A program made the position numbers and the translations under genes. A stretch of DNA of 32,000 bases from Mycolicibacterium smegmatis (GTDB lineage: Bacteria > Actinomycetota > Actinomycetes > Mycobacteriales > Mycobacteriaceae): NCBI RefSeq assembly GCF_001457595.1, contig NZ_LN831039.1:3360001-3392000 (forward strand). The letters are read 5' to 3'. How positions within the stretch are numbered: position 1 is the stretch's first letter; the number at the start of each line of letters is the position of its first letter. The notes beneath the pieces are model-generated. The model saw only the letters and a program-made list of their open reading frames with translations. It was not told the origin of the DNA and did not search any database. Shown here piece after piece: positions 18,514-27,097 of the stretch.

Positions 18514-19113
18514 TTAGCTCACGGGAGGCGCCGATGGTGAGCCGGTCGACAAGGCGGCGCCGAGCTTCCTGACCCCGCTGCGGATGCCGAACGCCGAGAC
18601 GACCTCGAAGACGCCGAGGACGATGAGCCACACGCCCACCACGATCGCCAGCGTCGCGAGCGATTCGAACGGGGCCGCGAGCATCACCACGCCGGCCAGC
18701 AGGCTGATCACCCCGAAGAAGATCTCCCAGCCGCGCCCGGGCAGCGCCGGGTCGCTGATCGCCGACACCGCGGTGGCCACGCCGCGGAAGACAAAGCCCA
18801 CACCGATCCAAATGGCCAGCAGCAGAATGGATTCCTGCAAACTGCGGAAACAGAGCACTGCCAGGATCAGCGCCGCCGCGCCGCTGACGAACAGCAGCAC
18901 CCGCCCACCTGCCGACACGTGAAGGCTGAACGCGAAGATCACCTGCGCGACACCGGTGATCAGCAGATAGGCGCCGAAGCAGATCGCCGCGACGAGCAGC
19001 GTGATGCCCGGCCAGGCCAGGACCAGCACCCCGAGGACGACCGCGAGGACACCTGAAACCAGCGTCGCCTTCCACAGGTGCGGCAACAAGCTTGGGGCAG
19101 CGGTAGTTTCCAT
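18514..19113 (-). CDS. HdeD/DUF308-family integral membrane protein
   Basis: ATG at 19113. 199 aa with six evenly spaced hydrophobic helices (GVLAVVLGVLVLAWPGITLL.., ICFGAYLLITGVAQVIFAF..), resembling the HdeD-type repeat architecture. Confidence 0.7.
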   Translation of the reverse strand: METTAAPSLLPHLWKATLVSGVLAVVLGVLVLAWPGITLLVAAICFGAYLLITGVAQVIFAFSLHVSAGGRVLLFVSGAAALILAVLCFRSLQESILLLAIWIGVGFVFRGVATAVSAISDPALPGRGWEIFFGVISLLAGVVMLAAPFESLATLAIVVGVWLIVLGVFEVVSAFGIRSGVRKLGAALSTGSPSAPPVS

Positions 19114-19176
19114 GGCCGAATTGTGGCACACCGGCACACGCGGTCAGCGGATTTTACGTTACCGCTGTGGCGCATT

Positions 19177-19238
19177 TCCACGGTCGTTAATGTTCCATTA
19201 CCAGCGTGCGCGCTGGGTCCATGGTCGTTAACGTTTCC
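19177..19238. repeat. imperfect direct repeat TCCA(C/T)GGTCGTTAA(T/C)GTT x2 in a divergent promoter region (candidate operator)
   Basis: The copies start at 19177 and 19218 and are identical at 16 of 18 positions, with a 41-nt start-to-start spacing. The second copy contains the 8-bp palindrome CGTTAACG. They lie in the 175-bp AT-richer gap between divergently transcribed genes. Confidence 0.5.
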
Positions 19239-19288
19239 GGGTTGGAACGGGGCGGAACACGACCCGAGGCAGAAAGTAGAGGCAACCT

Positions 19289-20209
19289 GTGAGAGCTGGA
19301 CGTCAGAACCGGCGGGGCAAGATGTGGCGTTTCGCGGTGGTCCTCGCCGCGAGCGGCGCACTGACCCTGTCGGCGTGCGCGAGCGGTGAAGGCGGAGGCG
19401 AATCGTCGCCGGAGTCGACCCAGGCGGCGTCAGGGGCCAAGGTCGACGAGATCGCCAACACCCTGCCCGAGGACATCAAGTCCTCCGGCAAACTGATCGT
19501 CGGCGTGAACATCCCTTACGCGCCCAACGAGTTCAAGGACCCCAGCGGCAAGATCGTCGGCTTCGACGTCGACCTGATGAACGCGGTCGCCGCGACGCTG
19601 GGTCTCACCCCGGAGTATCGCGAGGCCGATTTCGCAAAGATCATCCCCTCGATCCAGGGTGGAACGTTCAACGTCGGCATGTCGTCGTTCACCGACACCA
19701 AGGAACGTGAGCAGTCGGTCGACTTCGTCACCTACTTCTCGGCGGGGTCGCTGTGGGCGCAGCGCGTCGGTGGCGGCATCGACCCCGAGAACGCCTGCGG
19801 CAAGAAGGTGGCGGTTCAGGCCACGACCGTTCAGGAGACCGACGAACTGCCCGCGCGGAGCAAGAAGTGCACCGACGCCGGTCAGCCCGCCATCGAGATC
19901 GTGCCGTTCGACGGCCAGGACGCCGCGACCAACGCCGTGGTGCTCGGCCAGGTCGACGCCATGTCGGCGGATTCCCCGGTGACGCTGTACGCCATCAAGC
20001 AGAGCAACGGAAAGCTCGAGAAGGCGGGCGAGGTGTTCGACTCCGCGCCCTACGGCTGGCCGGTCGCGAAGGGCTCGCCGCTGGCGCAGTCGCTGCAGCA
20101 GGCGCTGCAGCACCTCATCGACAACGGCGAATACGAGAAGATCGCCGCCAACTGGGGTCTCGAGGACGGAACCATCGACAAGCCGGCCATCAACGGCGCG
20201 GTCAGTTAG
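19289..20209 (+). CDS. polar amino-acid ABC transporter substrate-binding lipoprotein (family 3 SBP)
   Basis: Signal peptide with lipobox LTLSAC. Its SBP_bac_3-like sequence includes LIVGVNIPYAPNEF, GFDVDL and GMSSFTDTKER. The start is GTG at 19289 or ATG at 19322. Confidence 0.85.
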   Translation: MRAGRQNRRGKMWRFAVVLAASGALTLSACASGEGGGESSPESTQAASGAKVDEIANTLPEDIKSSGKLIVGVNIPYAPNEFKDPSGKIVGFDVDLMNAVAATLGLTPEYREADFAKIIPSIQGGTFNVGMSSFTDTKEREQSVDFVTYFSAGSLWAQRVGGGIDPENACGKKVAVQATTVQETDELPARSKKCTDAGQPAIEIVPFDGQDAATNAVVLGQVDAMSADSPVTLYAIKQSNGKLEKAGEVFDSAPYGWPVAKGSPLAQSLQQALQHLIDNGEYEKIAANWGLEDGTIDKPAINGAVS

Positions 20210-20218
20210 GAACGCACA

Positions 20219-21151
20219 GTGACAGATGTCGACACGCCGCCACAGGCGGCCCCGGCCGCTATTGACGCGGTGCCGCTGCGCCACCCCTGGCGCTGGGTGG
20301 CGGCGGTCGTCATCGTCGTACTCGCGGCCCTTTTCCTCTACGGCGCGGCGACCAACGATTCGTATCGCTGGCCGATCTACTTCGAGTACCTGTTCAACGA
20401 GCGGGTCCTCACGGTCGGTGTGCTCAACACGCTGCAACTGACCATCTACTCGATGCTCATCGCCATCGTCCTCGGCGTGCTGCTCGCGGTGATGCGGCTG
20501 TCGCCGAACCCGGTGTTCCGGTCGGTAGCGTGGGTGTACCTGTGGATCTTCCGCGGCACCCCGGTGTACGTGCAGTTGGTGTTCTGGGGTCTGCTCCCGA
20601 CGATCTACCAGAACATCCAGCTGGGCGTGCCGTTCGGGCCGTCGTTCTTCCACCTCAACCTGCAGTCGCTGTCCATCCCGTTCCTGCTGGCGATCCTCGG
20701 CCTGGCCCTCAACGAGGCCGCCTACATGGCCGAGATCATCCGCGCGGGTATCAGCTCGGTGCCCGAGGGGCAGATGGAAGCGTCCACGGCACTGGGCATG
20801 TCGTGGGGGCTGGCGATGCGGCGCACGGTGCTCCCGCAGGCGATGCGCGTCATCATCCCGCCCACGGGCAACGAGATCATCAGCATGCTCAAGACCACAT
20901 CGCTGGTGACCGCGGTGCCGTTCACCCTCGATCTGTACGGCATCACCTCACGTGAGATCGCCGCCCGGATCTTCGAACCCGTGCCGCTGCTGCTGGTGGC
21001 CGCGACGTGGTACCTCGTGATCACGAGCATCCTGATGGTCGGCCAGTACTACCTGGAGCGCTACTACTCGCGGGGTGCCTCGCGGAAGCTGACCACCAAG
21101 CAGCTCGAGGCGCTCGCCAAGGCCCAGACGGTAGGAGAAGCACACCCGTGA
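20219..21151 (+). CDS. amino-acid ABC transporter permease
   Basis: GTG start with AGGAA 7 nt upstream. 310 aa with multiple TM helices and the EAA-like motif [32 protein letters not shown]. Confidence 0.88.
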   Translation: MTDVDTPPQAAPAAIDAVPLRHPWRWVAAVVIVVLAALFLYGAATNDSYRWPIYFEYLFNERVLTVGVLNTLQLTIYSMLIAIVLGVLLAVMRLSPNPVFRSVAWVYLWIFRGTPVYVQLVFWGLLPTIYQNIQLGVPFGPSFFHLNLQSLSIPFLLAILGLALNEAAYMAEIIRAGISSVPEGQMEASTALGMSWGLAMRRTVLPQAMRVIIPPTGNEIISMLKTTSLVTAVPFTLDLYGITSREIAARIFEPVPLLLVAATWYLVITSILMVGQYYLERYYSRGASRKLTTKQLEALAKAQTVGEAHP

Positions 21152-21933
21152 CCACAGCGGAAGCCACCAGCGGCGACTACATGGTGCGCGCCGAGAGCGT
21201 GTGCAAGAACTTCGGTGCGCTCAAGGTGCTGCGGGGTGTCACCCTCAATGTCTCGAAGGGACAGGTGCTGGTGCTCGTCGGCCCGTCCGGTTCGGGCAAG
21301 TCGACGTTCCTGCGGTGCATCAACCATCTGGAGACCGTGAGTGCGGGGCGGCTCTACGTCGACGGACAACTCGTCGGCTACCGCGAACGCGGCGGCAAAC
21401 TGCACGAGATGAAGCCGTCCGACGTGGCCAAACAGCGTCGCGACGTCGGAATGGTGTTCCAGCACTTCAACTTGTTCCCGCACCGCACCGCGCTGGCCAA
21501 CATCATCGAGGCGCCCATCAAGGTCAAGGGCGTCAAGAAGAAGGAGGCCATCGACCGGGCCCGCGATCTGCTCAACCAGGTGGGTCTGGCGGACAAGGCC
21601 GAGGCCTACCCGGCGCAGCTGTCGGGTGGTCAGCAACAGCGCGTGGCCATCGCGCGCGCGCTCGCGATGAACCCCAAGCTCATGCTGTTCGACGAGCCCA
21701 CCTCGGCGCTGGACCCCGAACTCGTCGGCGATGTCCTCGGCGTGATGAAGAAGCTCGCCTCCGAGGGCATGACCATGGTGGTGGTCACTCACGAGATGGG
21801 TTTCGCGCGCGAGGTCGCCGACAAGCTGGTCTTCATGGACGGCGGCGTCATCGTCGAGAGCGGCGATCCCCGCGAGGTCATGGCAAACCCGAAACACGAA
21901 CGGACAAAAGCCTTCCTGTCCAAGGTGATGTAG
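21148..21933 (+). CDS. amino-acid ABC transporter ATP-binding protein
   Basis: GTG overlaps the permease stop (GTGA). Walker [10 protein letters not shown], signature [15 protein letters not shown], Walker [12 protein letters not shown] and H-loop VVTHEMGFA. The track ORF start at 21007 lies inside the permease gene and is rejected. Confidence 0.92.
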   Translation: MTTAEATSGDYMVRAESVCKNFGALKVLRGVTLNVSKGQVLVLVGPSGSGKSTFLRCINHLETVSAGRLYVDGQLVGYRERGGKLHEMKPSDVAKQRRDVGMVFQHFNLFPHRTALANIIEAPIKVKGVKKKEAIDRARDLLNQVGLADKAEAYPAQLSGGQQQRVAIARALAMNPKLMLFDEPTSALDPELVGDVLGVMKKLASEGMTMVVVTHEMGFAREVADKLVFMDGGVIVESGDPREVMANPKHERTKAFLSKVM

Positions 21934-21955
21934 CCCGTCGGGTAGCGTCGGACGG

Positions 21956-22816
21956 GTGGCGACAACTCGTTCCGACGTCTTCATCAGCACCGCGGAGCTC
22001 ATCCAGCTGCTCGCGGCAGGCGGCCCGGTGACCCTGCTCGACGTGCGCTGGACCCTGGCCGAGCCGAACGGTGAACAGGCCTATCTCGACGGGCATCTGC
22101 CCGGCGCGGTCTACGTGTCGCTCGACGACGAGCTCGCCGACCACACCGTGCGCGGCCGCGGCCGTCACCCACTGCCGTCCGGACGTCACCTCGAGGCCGC
22201 CGCGCGCCGCTGGGGCGTGCGCGACGGTGTCCCGACCGTGGTGTACGACGACTGGAACCGCGCGGGTTCGGCGCGTGCCTGGTGGTGTCTGACCGCCGCG
22301 GGGATCAGCGGTGTGCGCATCCTCGACGGTGGTCTGGGGGCCTGGGTTGCGGGCGGAGGCGGTGTCGAGACCGGTCCGGTGACACCGGAACCGGGCGACG
22401 TCCGCGTCGTCCACGACGATCTGTACCGCGGCGCGCTGCCCACGCTGACCGCCGACGACGTGCAGTCCGCGGCTGCTCTGATCGACGCCAGGGCGCCCGA
22501 GCGGTTCCGCGGTGAGGTCGAGCCGGTCGACCCCGTCGCCGGTCACGTCCCGGGCGCGGTGAACCTGCCGAGCACCGGGCTGCTCAATCCCGACGGCACC
22601 CTGCGTGACGAGGCACAGGTGCGTGCGCTTCTCGCCGACCGCGGCGTCGACGACACCGGGGACACCGCAGTGGGTGCCTACTGCGGTTCGGGCGTGACGG
22701 CCGCGCTCACCGTGGCGGGCCTGGCCGCGGCGGGTGTCGATGCCGCGCTGTTCCCGGGATCCTGGTCGGAGTGGGTCTGCGATCCCGGCCGCCCGGTGGC
22801 ACGCGGCGAGAAGTAG
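21956..22816 (+). CDS. tandem-rhodanese sulfurtransferase (3-mercaptopyruvate-type active-site loop)
   Basis: 286 aa with two rhodanese-like halves. The catalytic loop YCGSGVTAA matches the CG(S/T)GVT pattern of mercaptopyruvate sulfurtransferases rather than the CRKGVT of thiosulfate sulfurtransferases. The C-terminus is GSWSEW. Confidence 0.8.
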   Translation: MATTRSDVFISTAELIQLLAAGGPVTLLDVRWTLAEPNGEQAYLDGHLPGAVYVSLDDELADHTVRGRGRHPLPSGRHLEAAARRWGVRDGVPTVVYDDWNRAGSARAWWCLTAAGISGVRILDGGLGAWVAGGGGVETGPVTPEPGDVRVVHDDLYRGALPTLTADDVQSAAALIDARAPERFRGEVEPVDPVAGHVPGAVNLPSTGLLNPDGTLRDEAQVRALLADRGVDDTGDTAVGAYCGSGVTAALTVAGLAAAGVDAALFPGSWSEWVCDPGRPVARGEK

Positions 22817-22870
22817 ACGGCGTGGCGATCGGTGCCCTGAGCGGGCGTGCGATCACCTTAAGCTGAGCAC

Positions 22871-24007
22871 GTGCAGCGCGAGCCCGACCCGGTCACACCG
22901 TTGTGGCGTGCCGCGCAGGGTTTTCGGCTGCTGAGTTGCCTGTATGCGCTGGGGTTCCACATCGCGATCACCGATGATCTGCGGCGTCCGGTGCTCGGGT
23001 GGGTCCTGTTCGCCGGCCTCATCGTGTGGAGCGCGGCATGCGCGACGGTCTATCTGACCGGGTCCCGCAGGCGCGGGACGTGGGTGATCGCCGAGCTCGT
23101 CGTGGTGGTCGCGCTGATGCTGTCGACGGAGCTGGTGGCGTCCGAACAGTGGATCGCCGACAACCAGTCCTGGCCGACGACGCTGTGGGCGACCAACGCC
23201 ACCATCTCGGTGGCGTTGCACTTCGGCCCGATCGGGGGCATGTCCGCCGGGCTCGCGGTGATGGCGACGGTCGCGCTGCTCAAGGGCCATGTGAGCGTCA
23301 ACCTCGGCCGCAACGCCACCATCGTGATCGAGCTCGCGGTCGGTCTGGCTGTCGGGATGGCCGCGCAGACCGCGCGGCGCGCGCACGCCGAACTGGAACG
23401 CGCCGTGCGACTCTCGGCGGCCCTGGAGGAACGTGAACGGCTCTCGAGGCGCGTGCACGACGGCGCGATCCAGGTGCTCGCCCTGGTGGCGCGCAGGGGG
23501 CGTGAGATCGGTGGCGAGACCGCGAAGCTGGCCGAACTCGCGGGTGAGCAGGAACGTGCCCTGCGTCGTCTGGTCAGCGCGGCCGACACCGACACCATGG
23601 CAGGCCCGCTCACCGATGTGGGTGCCCTGCTGCGGACGAGGGCCTCCGACCGGGTGTCGGTGAGTGTGCCCGCCGAACCGGTGCTGCTGGACCATCCGGT
23701 CGCGCGGGAACTGTTCGCGGCGGCCGAGAACGCGCTCGACAACGTCGCCGCGCATGCCGGCGCCGACGCTCGGGCGTTCGTGCTGCTGGAGGACCTGGGC
23801 GAGGAGGTCACGGTGAGCATCCGCGACGACGGTGTGGGCATCCCGGAGGGGCGGCTCGCCGAGGCCGAGCGGCAGGGTCGCATGGGTGTCGCGAAATCCA
23901 TTGTGGGACGCATGGATTGGCTGGGAGGTACGGCGGTGTTGACGACGGGACCGGACAGCGGGACCGAGTGGGAGCTCACCGTTCCGCGCACACGGAAGGG
24001 GCAGTGA
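22871..24007 (+). CDS. membrane sensor histidine kinase, HisKA_3/NarX-like class
   Basis: GTG start. The N-terminal ~170 aa are hydrophobic with several TM helices. H-box RLSRRVHDGAIQVLA, N-box ENALDNVAAH, G-boxes IRDDGVGIP and GRMGV. Confidence 0.85.
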   Translation: MQREPDPVTPLWRAAQGFRLLSCLYALGFHIAITDDLRRPVLGWVLFAGLIVWSAACATVYLTGSRRRGTWVIAELVVVVALMLSTELVASEQWIADNQSWPTTLWATNATISVALHFGPIGGMSAGLAVMATVALLKGHVSVNLGRNATIVIELAVGLAVGMAAQTARRAHAELERAVRLSAALEERERLSRRVHDGAIQVLALVARRGREIGGETAKLAELAGEQERALRRLVSAADTDTMAGPLTDVGALLRTRASDRVSVSVPAEPVLLDHPVARELFAAAENALDNVAAHAGADARAFVLLEDLGEEVTVSIRDDGVGIPEGRLAEAERQGRMGVAKSIVGRMDWLGGTAVLTTGPDSGTEWELTVPRTRKGQ

Positions 24008-24663
24008 TGACCGATGCGGCACCCACGGTGATGGTGGTCGACGACCACCCGATCTGGCGAGATGCCGTCGCCCGCGACCTCGCCGACGACGGTTTCGACG
24101 TCGTCGCCACGGCCGACGGCGTCGCGTCGGCGTCCCGCCGTGCCGCGGTGGTCCGCCCCGACGTGGTCCTGATGGACATGCGCCTCGGCGACGGTTCCGG
24201 GGCTCAGGCCACCGCGGAGGTGCTCGCGGTCTCACCGCGGTCGCGCGTGCTGGTGCTGTCGGCCTCCGACGAACGCGACGACGTGCTGCAGGCGGTCAAG
24301 GCAGGCGCCACGGGATATCTGGTGAAGAGCGCATCGAGAACCGAACTCGCCGACGCGGTCCGCGCCACCGCGGAGGGCCGCGCGGTCTTCACCCCCGGTC
24401 TGGCGGGACTGGTGCTGGGGGAGTATCGGCGCATCGCGCAACAACCGGCACAGGAGGGGCCCGCGACGCCCACCCTCACCGAACGCGAGACCGAGATCCT
24501 GCGGTATGTGGCGAAAGGCCTGACAGCCAAACAGATCGCCGCGCGTCTTTCGCTGAGTCACCGCACCGTGGAGAACCACGTGCAGGCGACGTTCCGCAAG
24601 CTCCAGGTCGCCAACCGGGTCGAACTCGCCCGCTACGCGATAGAACACGGGCTGGACGAGTAG
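24007..24663 (+). CDS. NarL/LuxR-family response regulator
   Basis: ATG overlaps the kinase stop by 1 nt (TGATG). The receiver domain has VMVVDDHP and VVLMDMRLGDG. The C-terminal LuxR helix-turn-helix is LTERETEILRYVAKGLTAKQIAARLSLSHRTVENHV. Confidence 0.92.
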   Translation: MTDAAPTVMVVDDHPIWRDAVARDLADDGFDVVATADGVASASRRAAVVRPDVVLMDMRLGDGSGAQATAEVLAVSPRSRVLVLSASDERDDVLQAVKAGATGYLVKSASRTELADAVRATAEGRAVFTPGLAGLVLGEYRRIAQQPAQEGPATPTLTERETEILRYVAKGLTAKQIAARLSLSHRTVENHVQATFRKLQVANRVELARYAIEHGLDE

Positions 24664-24706
24664 TCCTACTCATCTCATCGCCGGGTTTTGCTGCCAGTGT
24701 GACGGC

Positions 24707-26548
24707 ATGACCGAACCCCAACGTGCAGTCATCGCCCGGGTGACGGCAGATCTCACGGCCGTTTCGGCGTACCTGAACCGGATGGCCGGTGATCTGGCCA
24801 CTCTGGACCGGCTGGTGGCCCAGCAGTCCGCGGCGCCGCGTCCCGAAGCCGTCGCACCGCAGTGGTCCCCGCAGGCGCCTCAGCAGCCGCCCCGGCAGTG
24901 GACCCCGCAACCGGTTGCGCCGGTCGCCCCGGTGGCCGTGCCTGCTCGGCAACCGGACACCCCGCCCAAGCCGCGCTCGGAAGGGTGGATCGGCAAGGTA
25001 CTGGCGGTGGCCGGTGTCGCAGTGACGCTCGTCGGCGTGGTGTCGCTGCTGGTGCTGGCCGCACAGGCCGGCATCCTGCGCCCCGAGGTGCGAGTGGCGG
25101 CAGGGGCGGCCCTGGCCGTGGCGCTGGTGGCCGTCGCGATGTGGCTCGACCGCCGTCCCGGTGGCCGGGTCGGGGCGGTCGCACTCGCGGCGACCGGTGT
25201 GGCCGCGGCGTACATGGACGTGATCGCGGTGACGGCCATCTACGAATGGGTCCCGGCCCCGGTGGGTTTGGCGCTGGCCGGGGTCGTCGGGGCCTGCGGC
25301 CTGATGCTGGCGCGGTGGTGGGGCTCCGAGCAACTCGGGTTGCTGGTGTTCGTGCCGCTGATCGCGTTGGCGCCGGTGATCACCGACGGCGTGACGCTGC
25401 TGCTGATCGGTTTCATGCTGGCGCTGTCGGCGGCGTCGCTTCCGGTGCAGTTCGGCCGGGACTGGTTCTGGCTGCACGCCGCGCGCACGGCCGCGGTGAC
25501 GATCCCGCTGCTCGTCGCACTGGTCTCGGCCGCGATCGGCGGGCGCGAGGATCTCCGGCTGGCCCTGGTGTGTGCACTGGCGGCGGTGCCTGCGCTCGCG
25601 GGTGGTGTGACGGTGTCGCGCTTCAGCACCAGGCCGGTGGCGACCACGGTGGTCTCGGCGCTGGGAACGGTTCCGCTGCTGTGTGTTTCGGCCACCGCGG
25701 ACCGCGTGCCTGCCGTCCTGCTGATCGGCGGGCTGGCGGCCGCGGCGCTGGCCGTCGCGGCCATCGGGGACCGGCTGCCGGGCATCGGGGCGCCGGTGCG
25801 CCGGGTGTGGGCCGCAACCTCGGCGGCGGCCGCTCTGATCGCCGTGCTCGTGGCGTTCGACGGCACGGTGGCCGCGCCGGTGCTGCTGGCGATGTCGATC
25901 GCGATCGCGGTGGGCGGGCAGCGCCATCCGGTCGGGCGTTGCGCCGCAATCGGTTTCGCGTTGATCGGCGCGATGTTCTACCTCGACCACGCGGCGCCGG
26001 CCATGCTCGTCGAGGCGACACCGCTCGACGGCCCGACTGTCGCCTCGGTCGTGATCGGCAGTGTGATGCTGATCGGTGCCGCGGCCGCGAACGGCTGGAC
26101 ATGGTCGCGGGCGGTGTCCGATACCGAGGTTGTGCGCCTGGTGTGGGTCGCGGTATCAGCGGTGATCGGATACGCGGCGACCGCGCTGACCGTCACGGTC
26201 GGGGTGGCGCTGGGCGGGGCGGAGGTGGGCTTTTTGGCCGGGCATATGGCCGCAACGCTCAGTTGGATCGTGGCCGCGGCCCTGGCGTTCGGATACGCCG
26301 CACGACGTCCGGGCGCATCGCGGTCGGTGCTGATCGGCGGGGGACTGGTGCTGGTGGCCGCGGCGACGGGCAAGCTGTTCCTGTTCGACCTCGGCACGCT
26401 GGACGGCATGTACCGGGTCGTGCTGTTCATCGTGGGCGGGCTGGTGCTGCTGGGAATGGGCGCGGGTTATGCACGGTTTCTGGCCCAGCAGTCCGACGGC
26501 CGGTCGGATGCGCAACCGGGAACGGATCACGAGGCCCACTCGACGTGA
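24707..26548 (+). CDS. large polytopic membrane protein, DUF2339-like
   Basis: 613 aa. It has a soluble N-terminal helix, a Pro/Gln-rich linker (PQWSPQAPQQPPRQWTPQPVAPVAPV), then many Ala/Leu/Val-rich TM helices and a C-terminal GKLFLFDL motif that I associate with DUF2339. The family assignment is from memory and was not searched. Confidence 0.7.
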   Translation: MTEPQRAVIARVTADLTAVSAYLNRMAGDLATLDRLVAQQSAAPRPEAVAPQWSPQAPQQPPRQWTPQPVAPVAPVAVPARQPDTPPKPRSEGWIGKVLAVAGVAVTLVGVVSLLVLAAQAGILRPEVRVAAGAALAVALVAVAMWLDRRPGGRVGAVALAATGVAAAYMDVIAVTAIYEWVPAPVGLALAGVVGACGLMLARWWGSEQLGLLVFVPLIALAPVITDGVTLLLIGFMLALSAASLPVQFGRDWFWLHAARTAAVTIPLLVALVSAAIGGREDLRLALVCALAAVPALAGGVTVSRFSTRPVATTVVSALGTVPLLCVSATADRVPAVLLIGGLAAAALAVAAIGDRLPGIGAPVRRVWAATSAAAALIAVLVAFDGTVAAPVLLAMSIAIAVGGQRHPVGRCAAIGFALIGAMFYLDHAAPAMLVEATPLDGPTVASVVIGSVMLIGAAAANGWTWSRAVSDTEVVRLVWVAVSAVIGYAATALTVTVGVALGGAEVGFLAGHMAATLSWIVAAALAFGYAARRPGASRSVLIGGGLVLVAAATGKLFLFDLGTLDGMYRVVLFIVGGLVLLGMGAGYARFLAQQSDGRSDAQPGTDHEAHST

Positions 26549-26575
26549 CGTGGCAGGGCTCACAAAGAGCAAATT

Positions 26576-26588
26576 TGGAATGATTCCA
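26576..26588. promoter_or_regulatory. perfect 13-bp palindrome TGGAAT-G-ATTCCA upstream of dps (candidate operator)
   Basis: Read directly. It lies in the 63-bp AT-richer gap between the DUF2339 gene stop and the dps ATG, 24 nt before the ATG. Confidence 0.4.
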
Positions 26589-26611
26589 GAAAAGGAAGCG
26601 TTGGACTGGTC

Positions 26612-27097
26612 ATGAGCGTACGTAGGACTGAATCAGATATCCAAGGTTTCCATGCCACACCGGAGTTCGGCGGCAACCTCCAGAAGGTTCTCGTCGACCT
26701 GATCGAGCTGTCCCTGCAGGGCAAACAGGCCCATTGGAACGTGGTGGGCAGCAACTTCCGTGACCTGCACCTGCAGCTCGACGAGTTGGTCGACTTCGCG
26801 CGCGAGGGCAGCGACACGATCGCCGAACGGATGCGCGCGCTGGACGCCGTTCCCGACGGCCGTTCCGACACCGTGGCGGCCACCACGACGCTGCCGGAAT
26901 TCCCCGCGTTCGAGCGCAGCACAGCCGATGTCGTCGACCTCATCACCACCCGTATCAACGCCACGGTCGACACCATCCGGCGCGTCCACGACGCGGTGGA
27001 CGCCGAGGATCCCAGCACGGCCGATCTGCTGCACGGGCTGATCGACGGGCTGGAGAAGCAGGCGTGGCTGATCCGCTCGGAGAACCGGAAGGTCTAA
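26612..27097 (+). CDS. dps: Dps-family DNA-binding ferritin-like protein
   Basis: 161 aa. LQKVLVDLIELSLQGKQAHWNVVG..FRDLHLQLDE carries the Dps ferroxidase-site residues (H..W, D..E), and IAERM..LD is also present. It matches my memory of the second M. smegmatis Dps. Confidence 0.92.
   Translation: MSVRRTESDIQGFHATPEFGGNLQKVLVDLIELSLQGKQAHWNVVGSNFRDLHLQLDELVDFAREGSDTIAERMRALDAVPDGRSDTVAATTTLPEFPAFERSTADVVDLITTRINATVDTIRRVHDAVDAEDPSTADLLHGLIDGLEKQAWLIRSENRKV

Noticed and set aside
24476-26583. 504-aa - strand ORF and 573-aa alternate-frame + strand ORF covering the DUF2339-like gene
   Set aside because: Both give Arg/Gly/His/Pro-rich products without hydrophobic segments or motifs. The frame starting at 24707 gives a coherent polytopic membrane protein directly following the response regulator.
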